From assembly GCA_963701615.1 (NCBI GenBank), contig OY969615.1, forward strand, positions 3,212,525 through 3,276,524: 64,000 bases of DNA. The letters run 5' to 3'. The notes beneath the pieces were generated by a model. The model did no database searches and was not told the origin of the DNA. It saw only the letters and a program-made list of their open reading frames with translations. Source of the DNA: an uncultured Alphaproteobacteria bacterium (lineage in GTDB: Bacteria; Pseudomonadota; Alphaproteobacteria; Sphingomonadales; Sphingomonadaceae). The translations under genes and the position numbers were made by a program. Of this stretch, positions 63,834 through 64,000 are shown in pieces (position 1 is the first letter of the stretch; the number at the start of each line of letters is the position of its first letter).

Positions 63834-63958
63834 CCCCGGCTTTTGCCGGGGAGGGGGACCACCCGAAGGGTGGTGGAGGGGTAAATGGCCCAGGCCTGTG
63901 CCTTCTACCCCTCCACCAGGCTTCGCATGCTCCCCTCCCCACGAAATCGTGGGGAGGA
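63834..63958. repeat. palindromic element, family 2, downstream of phhA
   Basis: TTCCTCCCCGGC..GCCGGGGAGGGGGACC...CCCCTCCCCACG..CGTGGGGAGGAA. Confidence 0.85.
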
Positions 63959-63959
63959 A

Positions 63960-64000
63960 CTAGATGTCCTCGTGGACCATGTCGATCTCGCGGACGCGGC
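63960..64000 (-). CDS. 3' end of an unidentified gene (...RVREIDMVHEDI*)
   Basis: GC3-rich codons ending in TAG; only 13 codons visible. Confidence 0.4.
   Translation of the reverse strand, partial: RVREIDMVHEDI

Overview
Very GC-rich alphaproteobacterial chromosome segment. Gene content and order (phaA / PhaC-like hydrolase / phaR, cpaF, atpHAGDC with a short epsilon, DUF484-xerC, rph-rdgB-hemW, hrcA-grpE, gshB, rsmI-yraN) point to Sphingomonadales; this is inference. The backbone is housekeeping, with three RTX-type secreted proteins and many intergenic palindromic repeats from at least three families. I found no rRNA, tRNA, CRISPR array or transposase. Highlights: (1) a complete ribosome-mediated attenuator upstream of phenylalanine 4-monooxygenase (phhA), with a 19-codon leader carrying TAT-TAT-TAT, an intrinsic terminator and a competing antiterminator, i.e. 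a candidate tyrosine-sensing switch; (2) several small orphan cargo cassettes with no integrase, each bracketed by duplicated pieces of the neighbouring gene (a small membrane gene, the cpaF 3' half with a microhomology junction, the transaldolase 3' end), one carrying a RiPP-precursor-like peptide plus an 8-Cys partner; (3) a JAB/MPN-tip toxin-like gene with a coupled secreted partner; (4) two TA-flanked MITE-like elements whose terminal repeats co-vary; (5) a 135-bp palindromic element sitting in frame in the hemW 5' end. All counts and alignments were done by eye.
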